From a virus (lineage: Duplodnaviria > Caudoviricetes), in IMG/VR virus record IMGVR_UViG_3300030427_000031, positions 1-62,095 of that record: a DNA stretch of 62,095 bases; one strand, written 5' to 3'. The position numbers were made by a program, and so were the translations under genes. The notes beneath the pieces are model-generated. The model did not search any database and was not told the origin of the DNA. It was given only the letters and a program-made list of their open reading frames with translations. Shown one piece after another: positions 48,236 through 57,327 of this stretch. Numbering within the stretch: the first letter of the stretch is position 1; the number at the start of each line of letters is the position of its first letter.

Positions 48236-48273
48236 TGTTGATTGATATGTTCCCTCGGAAAGAGGTCGAGAGA

Positions 48274-48489
48274 ATGAAATTAACAAAATTAGAAGCCGTT
48301 GAATCCATAAAGTATGAAGCAGAAAAGCCTACAGAGGCTTCACTTAAAAATGAGCACGATTATTTGGTGGCAGAAAAACTTACAAAAAAGCTCTTAGAAA
48401 AGGGTCTTATTAGCCAGAGTGAATTTGACAAGATCATGGCCAAAAACCGCGAAACTTTCTCTCCGTTTTTAGCGGAGATTATGGCCTAA
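48274..48489 (+). CDS. SHOCT-like small protein
   Basis: LLEKGLISQSEFDKI. Confidence 0.7.
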   Translation: MKLTKLEAVESIKYEAEKPTEASLKNEHDYLVAEKLTKKLLEKGLISQSEFDKIMAKNRETFSPFLAEIMA

Positions 48490-48551
48490 AAGACTTGATA
48501 AATAAGGCACTTAGAGTGATGTATAGTACTGCAAGAAAGGAGGTTGAGACA

Positions 48552-50111
48552 ATGAAACGAATAACAAAGATTGAAGCAAATGAGAAACTGCAGAAGGCAC
48601 CTAAAAAACTGCGTGTTGCTGCCTACGCTCGTGTTTCAACAGATAGTCGCGAACAACTCGTCAGTTTGGATGCTCAAAGAAGTCATTATGAGACCTGCAT
48701 TAAGAGCAATCCCGACTGGGAGTATGTCGGACTTTACTATGATGAAGGCATATCCGGTACAAGCATGGCCAAGCGTGATGCACTTCTAAAAATGCTCGAT
48801 GATTGTGAAGCCGGTAAGATTGACTTTATTATTATCAAATCCATCAGCCGCTTTGCAAGAAATACCACAGAGTGCCTTGAAGCGGTTAGAAAGCTTATAA
48901 AGCTAAAAGTGTTCATTTACTTTGAGAAAGAAAACATCAACACCGGCGATATGGAGAATGAACTGCTGCTTACGATTTTTAGCAGCTTGGCAGAAAGTGA
49001 GTCTATTTCCCTTTCGGAGAATGAAAAATGGTCCATCGAGAAGAGATTTCAAAACGGAACATACATTGTTGCCTCTCCGCCTTACGGGTACAAAAACGAA
49101 GATGGCTTGATGGTGATCAATGAAGATGAGGTTGATGTAGTAAGGTACATTTTTGCAGAATGTTTAGCTGGTAAAGGCGGTCATGTAATCGCTAGAGATC
49201 TTAATGATAAAGGAATCCCAACCAGGCGAAAAAGAGAATGGACTCCGGGCACAGTAAATGCGATCCTTCGAAATGAAAAGTACAAAGGTGATGTGCTTTT
49301 TCAAAAAACATTTACCGATGAGACTTTCGTTAGGCATATCAATAATGGTGAGAAGGCGCAGTACTACGTTACTGAGCATCACGAAGCGATAATCAGTGTT
49401 GAGGATTTTGAAGCGGCGCAGGCCATGATTGACCAGCGCTCCAAAGACATGAAAATCAAGCAAGGCGATGCAAAGTATCAAAACCGCTATCCCTTTTCTG
49501 GAAAAATTGTTTGCGGCGAATGTGGTGCTACATGGAAAAGGAGAACTCATAGCGAATCGAAAATAAAATATTACGCTTATGCTTGCAACACACATCTTAA
49601 GAAAAAAGACCAATGTAGCATGCAGTTTATACGCGAAAAGAGTTTTGAAGTGGCTTTTTTGAATATGATCAATAAGTTGGCATTTACTAAGAAGGTGTTG
49701 TTGCAGCCGCTACTTACAAGTCTTAAAGCCATTAACCAGGAAGCAGCAATCGCCCGAATTAATAAGTTGGAAGCGGCTCTTGAGGCCAATTTCAACAAAA
49801 GGCAGCAGCTTATGAATTTATTTGCAAAGGAATATTTAGAGCCAGCTGTTTTCAACGATCAGAATTCAGGTCTTCTTGCTGAGGCTAAAAATTTAAGTGA
49901 TGAAAAAGAAGCCCTATATGCTTCGGTGAATCATGAGTACGAGCATGTTGAAGCTTTGAATAAACTCATCAAGTACGTCAACAGCTCAAGGATTTTTTCT
50001 GAATTTGATGTTGATGCATTTGAGGAGCATGTTGATTACATTATCGTTTTCAAAAGATATGAAATAGGTTTCGTATTAAAGTGTGGATTAACGCTAAGAG
50101 AAAGGTTGTGA
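48552..50111 (+). CDS. Large serine recombinase 1
   Basis: [25 protein letters not shown], zinc ribbon CGECG. Confidence 0.92.
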   Translation: MKRITKIEANEKLQKAPKKLRVAAYARVSTDSREQLVSLDAQRSHYETCIKSNPDWEYVGLYYDEGISGTSMAKRDALLKMLDDCEAGKIDFIIIKSISRFARNTTECLEAVRKLIKLKVFIYFEKENINTGDMENELLLTIFSSLAESESISLSENEKWSIEKRFQNGTYIVASPPYGYKNEDGLMVINEDEVDVVRYIFAECLAGKGGHVIARDLNDKGIPTRRKREWTPGTVNAILRNEKYKGDVLFQKTFTDETFVRHINNGEKAQYYVTEHHEAIISVEDFEAAQAMIDQRSKDMKIKQGDAKYQNRYPFSGKIVCGECGATWKRRTHSESKIKYYAYACNTHLKKKDQCSMQFIREKSFEVAFLNMINKLAFTKKVLLQPLLTSLKAINQEAAIARINKLEAALEANFNKRQQLMNLFAKEYLEPAVFNDQNSGLLAEAKNLSDEKEALYASVNHEYEHVEALNKLIKYVNSSRIFSEFDVDAFEEHVDYIIVFKRYEIGFVLKCGLTLRERL

Positions 50112-50115
50112 GATT

Positions 50116-50532
50116 ATGCCAATTCCATATGGGTACAAAATTGAGAAAGGCAAAGCTGTTATAGATGAAGCTCAAGCCGAGCAGGTTAGGATGATTTACA
50201 AAGGTTATCTTTCCGGCCTCGCCTACGTTGCTGCAGCAGAGGCCGCTGGGCTTACGATTCTACATCCAGGTGTAAAGAAAATGCTACAAAATAAACGCTA
50301 CCTTGGTGATAAATACTATCCTGCGATCATCGATCAGGAGACTTTTGATAGAGCTGAAGCAGAACGAATCAAACGTCAAAGAAGGCTTGGTAGAGTATTT
50401 GCGGATAAGCCGGTAGAGGAATGCAAGCCAGCGACAAAATTTACTATGCCGAAAGCAGGAAAGATTTTCATTGACCCATTTAAGCAGGCGGAGTACATCT
50501 ACAGCTTGATAGAAAGTGAGGTGGAGGTATGA
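50116..50532 (+). CDS. Recombinase DNA-binding-domain-only protein
   Basis: IPYGY...N.RYLG...YPAIID...F; no catalytic domain. Confidence 0.8.
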   Translation: MPIPYGYKIEKGKAVIDEAQAEQVRMIYKGYLSGLAYVAAAEAAGLTILHPGVKKMLQNKRYLGDKYYPAIIDQETFDRAEAERIKRQRRLGRVFADKPVEECKPATKFTMPKAGKIFIDPFKQAEYIYSLIESEVEV

Positions 50533-52103
50533 TCTCCTTAGCGAGTAATGTAACGGTTATTCCAGCAAAGAAAACCATCGGGACACAGAAAGCAACCGAC
50601 AAAAAGCAGAAAACCAGAGTCGCAGCATACTGTCGTGTCAGTACTGACAGCGATGAGCAAGAAACCAGCTATGAAGCCCAGATCCAGCATTACACCTCAT
50701 ACATTGAAAGTCATCCGGATTGGGTACTAGCCGGAATTTATGCCGATGATGGCATCTCTGGAATGAATACGAAGAAGCGTGATGAGTTCCAGCACATGAT
50801 TAACGACTGCAATGACGGCAAGATAGATATGGTGATTACCAAGTCCATCAGCCGGTTTGCAAGGAATACGGTGGATTGCCTGAATTACACCAGAGCCCTT
50901 AAGAATAAGAACATTGGCGTCTATTTCGAGAAAGAAAATATTAATACGCTCGATGCTAAGGGTGAAGTGCTCATGACAATTATGGCTTCTCTTGCACAGC
51001 AAGAAAGTGAGTCATTGTCGGCCAACGTTCGTCTGGGCTTGCAGTTCCGATACCAACAAGGAAAAGTTCAGGTCAATCACAACTGGTTCTTGGGATATAC
51101 CAAAGATGCAGACGGTCACCTCATCATTGATCCAGAGCAAGCCGAAGTCGTGAAGCGCATTTATAGAGAGTACCTTTCCGGTAAGAGCTTCTTACAGATA
51201 AAAAGGTCTCTTGAGGCCGACGGTATTCTAAACGGTGCGGGTAATGAAAAATGGCATGAAAGTAATATAAAGCAGATACTTACGAACGAGAAGTACATCG
51301 GAGACGCTTTGCTCCAGAAGACTTATACGGTGGATATTCTTGAAAAGAAGCGTGAAGCTAATAAGGGTCAGGTTCCTAAATATTATGTAGAGGACAGCCA
51401 TGAAGCTATTATTCCAAAGGATATCTTCCTAAAGGTACAGGAGGAAATCGCACGACGCGCAAATCTTACTAAAGGCACCACAAAGCGCAAACGAATCTAT
51501 AGTGGCCGTTACGCTTTATCTGGAATAGTTTTCTGCGCATACTGTGGCGACATCTTCCGCAGAATTAAATGGAACAATCGCGGGTGTAAGTCCACCGTTT
51601 GGCGCTGTGTCAGCAGAGTTGAAAAAGACGGCCCTGATTGCCCGGCAAGAACTGTTCACGAGAAATTGCTTCAGGAGGTAGTTATCAAGGCTATAAACGA
51701 AGCGTTCCGTGAAAAGGAAGCAATCCTGCCACTTTTACGAGAGAATATCGAGAGTAGCCTTGAGGAAGTCACCTCAAATCAGATTGCAGCGATTGATGAA
51801 CAAATGAAGTCAATGCAGCAGGAGCTAATGGCAACCGTTAATTCAAAGAATACCGGTGATGAGCTTGGTCTGGAGATTAGGAGGCTGCGCGATGAGAAGC
51901 AGGCCCTACAAAATGAGCAGGCATCCCGTCAGGATCTGAAAAAGCGAATTGATGATTTGATGCGTTTTCTTAACGACCTGCCTTGTGAGCTGATTGAATA
52001 TGAAGAAGATTATGTGAGGACTCTCCTGGAAAAGATAACGGTTTACGACGACCACATCATAGTTGAATTTAAGTCCGGAATTGAAATCCAAATTGACGAA
52101 TAA
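50529..52103 (+). CDS. Large serine recombinase 2
   Basis: [26 protein letters not shown]...WRC. Confidence 0.92.
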   Translation: MISLASNVTVIPAKKTIGTQKATDKKQKTRVAAYCRVSTDSDEQETSYEAQIQHYTSYIESHPDWVLAGIYADDGISGMNTKKRDEFQHMINDCNDGKIDMVITKSISRFARNTVDCLNYTRALKNKNIGVYFEKENINTLDAKGEVLMTIMASLAQQESESLSANVRLGLQFRYQQGKVQVNHNWFLGYTKDADGHLIIDPEQAEVVKRIYREYLSGKSFLQIKRSLEADGILNGAGNEKWHESNIKQILTNEKYIGDALLQKTYTVDILEKKREANKGQVPKYYVEDSHEAIIPKDIFLKVQEEIARRANLTKGTTKRKRIYSGRYALSGIVFCAYCGDIFRRIKWNNRGCKSTVWRCVSRVEKDGPDCPARTVHEKLLQEVVIKAINEAFREKEAILPLLRENIESSLEEVTSNQIAAIDEQMKSMQQELMATVNSKNTGDELGLEIRRLRDEKQALQNEQASRQDLKKRIDDLMRFLNDLPCELIEYEEDYVRTLLEKITVYDDHIIVEFKSGIEIQIDE

Positions 52104-52120
52104 CTAAGTAATGCTAAATC

Positions 52121-52151
52121 ACCCGCAGCTCTTGTCAGAGTTGCGGGTTTC
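52121..52151 (+). terminator. Terminator after the recombinases
   Basis: ACCCGCAGCTCT-N4-AGAGTTGCGGGT. Confidence 0.75.
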
Positions 52152-52238
52152 GTTGTTTATAAAACAATTAATGTGTAAATATTGTAAATTGAAACCAAAT
52201 GGTTTACAATGTTCCTATTGAGGTTTGGAGGAATTATA

Positions 52239-52463
52239 ATGAAAACTTCGGACATGATACGACAGCTTTGTGAACAAATGAACATGAGCGTTTCCGAATT
52301 GGCTAGGCGGTTAGGCCAGTCCCCACAGAACTTCGGGAAGAAGCTAAAGCGTGAGACTATTACATTAGAAGAACTTAAGGCCATAGCAGATGTGATGAAT
52401 GTTAAGTTTGAGCAGACTTTCATTCTGCCCGATGGCAATGAAATAAAGACAGGAAATGAGTAA
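52239..52463 (+). CDS. XRE-family HTH regulator
   Basis: SVSELARRLGQSPQNF..KL; palindromes upstream (ATTGTAAA..TTTACAAT). Confidence 0.85.
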   Translation: MKTSDMIRQLCEQMNMSVSELARRLGQSPQNFGKKLKRETITLEELKAIADVMNVKFEQTFILPDGNEIKTGNE

Positions 52464-52478
52464 AGGAGGCGGCCTAAC

Positions 52479-53159
52479 ATGATGATTAGCCCGGAAGGAT
52501 ACTATGAAGAGCATCTTAAAGGAAAAAATAAAGAACAGATTCTGACCGTTATACGTGGGCTTAAGCAAGAAATAGGTCGTCTTAAGAATACAATGGAAAG
52601 CCCCGACTATGGCGTAAAACCTATTATGCATCCGAGTGAAGATACACGCCTTCACTGGACTCGTGAATATTTGGAAATAGCCAAGCAAGCCTTTGCTGAA
52701 GCTGGTGGAACTTATACCTTAACAAAGTCAGAAAAAAAGGTTGCTGACTTTGATGCAAATATGGATGCCATCTGCAAGATTACCTTTAGCATTGGCGGTT
52801 TCTTTGGTGGCTACCGTAGTTATGTTGTAGAACTATCAGATGAATTGAAAGCCTATACAAAATTATGGGATGATGAAGAACCACTCTTATTGTTGGATGG
52901 TGATAACGAGGAGTCATTTACAAAGGACACTTTTATAGCCGCACTTAGGGATCTTCACATCGGTGAATGGCTCAGACGATATTCAACTAAGCGTTTCGGA
53001 TACACGGTGTGTGATGGTACACAGTGGGAGTTGGAATTTGAATATAGCAATGGCCATAAACCGGTAAGATTTGATGGTGATAACTCATACCCGTATAACT
53101 TCGATAAGTTCCAGATGTTATTTGGCATTGATGAAACTGAGGAGGACGAGGATGAGTAG
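52479..53159 (+). CDS. Hypothetical protein
   Basis: 226-aa ORF with strong RBS; DGTQWELEF...G.NSYP.NF motif. Confidence 0.7.
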   Translation: MMISPEGYYEEHLKGKNKEQILTVIRGLKQEIGRLKNTMESPDYGVKPIMHPSEDTRLHWTREYLEIAKQAFAEAGGTYTLTKSEKKVADFDANMDAICKITFSIGGFFGGYRSYVVELSDELKAYTKLWDDEEPLLLLDGDNEESFTKDTFIAALRDLHIGEWLRRYSTKRFGYTVCDGTQWELEFEYSNGHKPVRFDGDNSYPYNFDKFQMLFGIDETEEDEDE

Positions 53160-53562
53160 ATTTGATATTTTGGTGAAATACATACCTATAATTCAGGCGG
53201 ATGGCATCGGTGAATGGGTTGTTGATAAAGAAAACGATGGAACACCGGAACATCCGATACAGATGCCTTTTGTAGATTATTCCGAAATGGTACATAACTT
53301 TATCGATGATGTTTATGCCTTTGAAGAAAGCAATAAAGATATGGAGCTTACCCGTTATGGAGATATTCTCAAAGATAACGGACTTGAATGGGATTCAGAA
53401 TCTATGGAAAATGCTGATGTTTCAAACTTGAACGCACAGTGTGTTCTTGCACTGATTATGGGTGCAGTAAGAGCTGAGCGTTTTTGCGATGGTGCATTAT
53501 TAGATTTCTTCAAGAATGGCTGCATATTGAAGTGGCTTGAAAGATTAAACAGTATTGAGTAA
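53152..53562 (+). CDS. DUF6508-like protein
   Basis: RAERFCDG.L.....G.I.KWL.RL. Confidence 0.65.
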   Translation: MSRFDILVKYIPIIQADGIGEWVVDKENDGTPEHPIQMPFVDYSEMVHNFIDDVYAFEESNKDMELTRYGDILKDNGLEWDSESMENADVSNLNAQCVLALIMGAVRAERFCDGALLDFFKNGCILKWLERLNSIE

Positions 53563-53575
53563 AGGAGGTTTGACT

Positions 53576-55201
53576 TTGGATATTAACAAAATTAAAGCTC
53601 TACCGTATGATGAACTGCGTGCTTTATATAAGAACTTCCTACATAGCCAGAACATTTCGATAGCAACAATCAATACTGCTTATGTGGACACCTTCTACCT
53701 TTGGAGGAAAGGAAGCAAAGATCTGTTCTGGAATGCGGTGAACGCTACTGATTTTGAGACTGAAGCAAAGAGTGCATTGATAAAAGCTCTTTCTGAGAAC
53801 TCGACCGGTAATGTCAATTCACTTGTTAGTGGTTACTTGTCTCATCTAAGAAGGTTCCGCTTGTTTCTATCGTCAGATGAAACCATTGCTCCGGTTGAAT
53901 ATAAACAAAAAACCGCAGTAAAAGTAAAGCCAACACATATGAGCCGTGAAATAATAATTAACAAAATGTATGTTGGAGCATATTTGTCAGAGGGCGATAA
54001 TATAGGTCATGAAATCATAAATCTCTATAAGGCAGATGATGGGAAAAACTATATTTATCTCAATTCACAAGGAACAATAGAATTATCTCATGGAGAAAAT
54101 AGAATAACTATTCTGTTGGTACGAAAATTTGCCTCGAAAACATATAAAGTACTAGCCAAGGCAGAGGGGGTTACAATTCTTGATTTTGCCGACAGCAAAC
54201 TTCCGCGAGAAGAGAGATATAAAGGACAAGTTGCATTAGGACTGACCTATGGCGGAATAAGTCTTGTAGATTTATTTAATGAAAACTCGTATCATGGAAG
54301 TCTTCAAGAAGAAAAGAATGCTTATACTACCTTTGTTGCAGATAAGGTTATCAAGCCCAAAAATCAGATATATATTACAGATGATGCATCTGTAAGTGGT
54401 GACAACACTTATTTCATCCGTACTAATAAAGGATTTGGCAAACAAACATTAAGGGAATTCTACAACGAAAATGAAAAGCCGGATTCTTTCGCTGATTTGA
54501 ATCAGATAATTGAAAACAGAGAGTTGTGGGAAGATGCTAATACGACACAAGCAATTTCTGAATTGCCGGAACTTCAAAAAGATCCGTATTTCAATTTCCT
54601 AAAAATAATCAGGCAGGAAGACAATGAACTCGCTTTTTCAAATATGTTAGCTTACTTTTTTGATATAAACAGAGAAGCTTTTTCCCGTTTTGCAAGAGAG
54701 GTTCTAAATATAGAGGTACAAACAGATTTTACTATTGAGAGAGAAAAGAGAAACATTGACCTACTTATTTCTGACAAAAATAATGCCGTTGTAATAGAAA
54801 ATAAAATCAAATCGAGCATCAATGGTATTGATGACCGACATGATATCTACAGTGACCAAGTACAGTCACAGCTAAAAAAATACTATCAATTTGTTACATC
54901 TGATGATGAGTATCGCAATAAAACAGCGAGCTGCTTTATTTTTTCACCTAATTACAATCGCATTGACCTAAGTAAGTTTTCGTGCGGTGAAAAATATACT
55001 ATTGTTTATTACAGAGAAATCTATAATTTCTTTGTTGAGAACAGAAGCCGGTATGATGGGGTGCTTTACTTTGATGATTTCATTAAAGCAATGTATAAGC
55101 ACACCAAGGACTACGACAATGATTTAGAGGAAGAAATGCAAAGAAGATTTCAAAATACTATTTGCAATGCGAAAAAGGGGTATGGAGGCCATCAATTATG
55201 A
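53576..55201 (+). CDS. Multidomain protein with C-terminal PD-(D/E)XK nuclease
   Basis: ERE.RNIDLLI...VIENKI...QL.KY; TTG start after AAGGAGG. Confidence 0.75.
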   Translation: MDINKIKALPYDELRALYKNFLHSQNISIATINTAYVDTFYLWRKGSKDLFWNAVNATDFETEAKSALIKALSENSTGNVNSLVSGYLSHLRRFRLFLSSDETIAPVEYKQKTAVKVKPTHMSREIIINKMYVGAYLSEGDNIGHEIINLYKADDGKNYIYLNSQGTIELSHGENRITILLVRKFASKTYKVLAKAEGVTILDFADSKLPREERYKGQVALGLTYGGISLVDLFNENSYHGSLQEEKNAYTTFVADKVIKPKNQIYITDDASVSGDNTYFIRTNKGFGKQTLREFYNENEKPDSFADLNQIIENRELWEDANTTQAISELPELQKDPYFNFLKIIRQEDNELAFSNMLAYFFDINREAFSRFAREVLNIEVQTDFTIEREKRNIDLLISDKNNAVVIENKIKSSINGIDDRHDIYSDQVQSQLKKYYQFVTSDDEYRNKTASCFIFSPNYNRIDLSKFSCGEKYTIVYYREIYNFFVENRSRYDGVLYFDDFIKAMYKHTKDYDNDLEEEMQRRFQNTICNAKKGYGGHQL

Positions 55202-56211
55202 AGATACATTATTTCCAAAGATACCATGAGAAAGAAAATGTAGCTACAGCTAATACAATGCTGTTGTTATCTCGTTTATATCAATATTCTTCTGATAAGT
55301 TCTTTCGGTTTTTGAAATCGGAATTCTTCTCTGATTCCTTTGAACCGGAAATTGCATTTAACTTACAAGAGAAAAGTGTTGATAGTATCCCTGACGCAAC
55401 CATTACTCAGGAGAGCTTCAAGATTGTAGTTGAGACAAAGATGTCCGACTGGTTTTATTCCGATCAACTTATGAGGCATCTGAATTCCTTTAGTGGTGAA
55501 AAGTATAAGGTAATGATTACTCTAGCACCAGAACTGATGGCAGAAGACAAAAAAGAGACCTTTGAAAAGCAACTCAAAGAATATAATGCTACACAAGACC
55601 ATCCGGTTATCCACATAAATACTACCTTTGAAGGCATTGCAAATGCAATTCAAGAGGTTATCGATGATAAGGATTATGATATGCAAGAAGTACTCGATGA
55701 CTACCTAAATTATTGCTATAACGATGGTCTTATTGCGGTATCTGACTCATGGAAATACATGAGAATGCAGCTTGCAGGTACAACACTTGATTTCAATATT
55801 AGCGAAGACATATACTATGATAATGCTGAACGTGGTTTTAGAGCACATGATTATTTGAGTTTATATAAAAATAAGAGTGTACGTGCAGTGGGTAAAGTCA
55901 GCGCTAGAATTACAGCAATTGAAACCGAAAACGGTATGCAATATGAAGCTGAATTTGGCGATTTAACTGATCAAAGAAAAGAAAAAATTCTCAAGGCTAT
56001 CGCAGACGGTGATGAACATGGCTATGATTTAAGAACAATTAAGCACCGGTATTTCTTTGTGGAAAAATTCTATGAGACGGATTTTAGAAAGATAACGCCT
56101 CGAGCACCAATGGGTACACGAGTATTTGACTTATCACAAGTTTTAGAGACAGAGCATCTGCCTGATACTCAGGGAATAGCAGAGTTGCTTAAAACAAAGA
56201 CATGGAGTTAA
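55198..56211 (+). CDS. PD-(D/E)XK nuclease-domain protein
   Basis: EN..T, PDATI...VVETK...QL.RH. Confidence 0.7.
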   Translation: MKIHYFQRYHEKENVATANTMLLLSRLYQYSSDKFFRFLKSEFFSDSFEPEIAFNLQEKSVDSIPDATITQESFKIVVETKMSDWFYSDQLMRHLNSFSGEKYKVMITLAPELMAEDKKETFEKQLKEYNATQDHPVIHINTTFEGIANAIQEVIDDKDYDMQEVLDDYLNYCYNDGLIAVSDSWKYMRMQLAGTTLDFNISEDIYYDNAERGFRAHDYLSLYKNKSVRAVGKVSARITAIETENGMQYEAEFGDLTDQRKEKILKAIADGDEHGYDLRTIKHRYFFVEKFYETDFRKITPRAPMGTRVFDLSQVLETEHLPDTQGIAELLKTKTWS

Positions 56212-56229
56212 TAGATGGGAGGATATAAG

Positions 56230-56499
56230 ATGGCTAATTCAAAAGTTCCTGTTGCTACAGCGATTCCTCTATCCCCGATGGATGGAGAGGATTTTTATGC
56301 AGTTATTACTCAGGAAGAAAGAAGTAAGAAAAAGTGGAATTTAATGTGGTTGTTCCGAAAAGGATGTGGAGTGGCACACTTTTGCGTGGAGACAAGCGCA
56401 GATAATGATGATGGTACCATGACACCAGATGGAATTAAAGCTTTGGATGCTATAGGGCGTTTTGATGAAAACAAAGAAATGCTCCTCGAGGAAAACTAA
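56230..56499 (+). CDS. Hypothetical protein
   Basis: ORF with GGAGG RBS, coupled to the next gene (TAATG). Confidence 0.55.
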   Translation: MANSKVPVATAIPLSPMDGEDFYAVITQEERSKKKWNLMWLFRKGCGVAHFCVETSADNDDGTMTPDGIKALDAIGRFDENKEMLLEEN

Positions 56500-57095
56500 T
56501 GGCTAAAAGAGATCGTTATGATGTTCTAGTTATACTTACAAATAATGCGGCTCTCATATGGAAAGAAGCTCGTGGGATAGCACCGGATTCGGCAGCCGAT
56601 AAGCTGGACGATGCTATGCTCGAATGGCAAAGCAAATTGACAAAAACATTAAAAATTTGGATTGATAAAGGTCTCACAATGACTACAGGTGAGCTGATTC
56701 TTGCACGTGCAAATCTTGGTGCAGTCGTTGAGTCATGGCTTAAATTCTTTTACTGTGTTTACTATGAGGATTATTGTAAGAGCCCGATTACAAATAACAA
56801 AGGCAAAATGATAGAGCCGGAAAAAGCTTCGTTCGATAATCTTAAAGACTTTAGTAGTGGAAAGCTATGGGATGATGTAAATTCACCGGAGTACGCTTGG
56901 GTTGATTCTGTTCAGCATAAAAGGAATGCAATTCATTCGTTCAGATATAGAGATATTGGAACTTCACTAGAATTTTTGGATGACATTGATCATCTTTATA
57001 ATTTTGTAGAAAATGTGCTTTCACATTTTCCACCACTTGAGGATTATATCGAGGCATATCCACCTGGTTATGTGATGAATCCATATTCTAATTGA
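56499..57095 (+). CDS. Helical protein, possible HEPN-like RNase
   Basis: LGAVVESWL helix and KRNAIH motif. Confidence 0.5.
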   Translation: MAKRDRYDVLVILTNNAALIWKEARGIAPDSAADKLDDAMLEWQSKLTKTLKIWIDKGLTMTTGELILARANLGAVVESWLKFFYCVYYEDYCKSPITNNKGKMIEPEKASFDNLKDFSSGKLWDDVNSPEYAWVDSVQHKRNAIHSFRYRDIGTSLEFLDDIDHLYNFVENVLSHFPPLEDYIEAYPPGYVMNPYSN

Positions 57096-57179
57096 TATGT
57101 TCCCACGAACAGTAAAACCGTTGATATATTTCCACATACCTCGAAAATGCTAAAAAACGGTTGACCTGTTTCCACTAAC
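57092..57179 (+). repeat. Three degenerate copies of the rlmD attB left half-site
   Basis: TTGATATGTTCCCACGAAC, TTGATATATTTCCACATAC, TTGACCTGTTTCCACTAAC versus host TGGACATGTTTCCGTGGAC. Confidence 0.7.
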
Positions 57180-57200
57180 GTATGGTTCAAAATTTCAGCG

Positions 57201-57278
57201 GTTGACATCATTTAGGCTAACTCGGCCCATGTGGAGACAGTGTGTCTGTTATCCAGTAAAATCAAGGGTTTGAAGTAA
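57201..57278 (+). repeat. attR with displaced rlmD 3' end (HVETVCLLSSKIKGLK*)
   Basis: 57228-57278 translates as an alternative RlmD C-terminus. Confidence 0.85.
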
Positions 57279-57327
57279 TAAAAATATCAACCCCTGTTGA
57301 TTTGCTTACTATTTGCCAACGTAATTT

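Larger units (their letters stand above)
196..57229. mobile_element. Integrated prophage (~57 kb, siphovirus-like, triple serine-recombinase type) inserted in the rlmD 3' end
   Basis: Full replication, packaging, head, tail, lysis and recombinase modules between two copies of the CATGT(T/G)GAGAC(T/A)GT rlmD motif. Confidence 0.9.

Noticed and set aside
39731-53575. Identical 16-mer TAAAGGAGGTTTGACT at 39731 and 53560
   Set aside because: Mostly stop codon plus Shine-Dalgarno sequence; plausible by chance.
52239-57095. Integron-like cassette array
   Set aside because: Genes overlap or abut, and I found no repeated recombination site between them; att-like copies occur only at the distal end.
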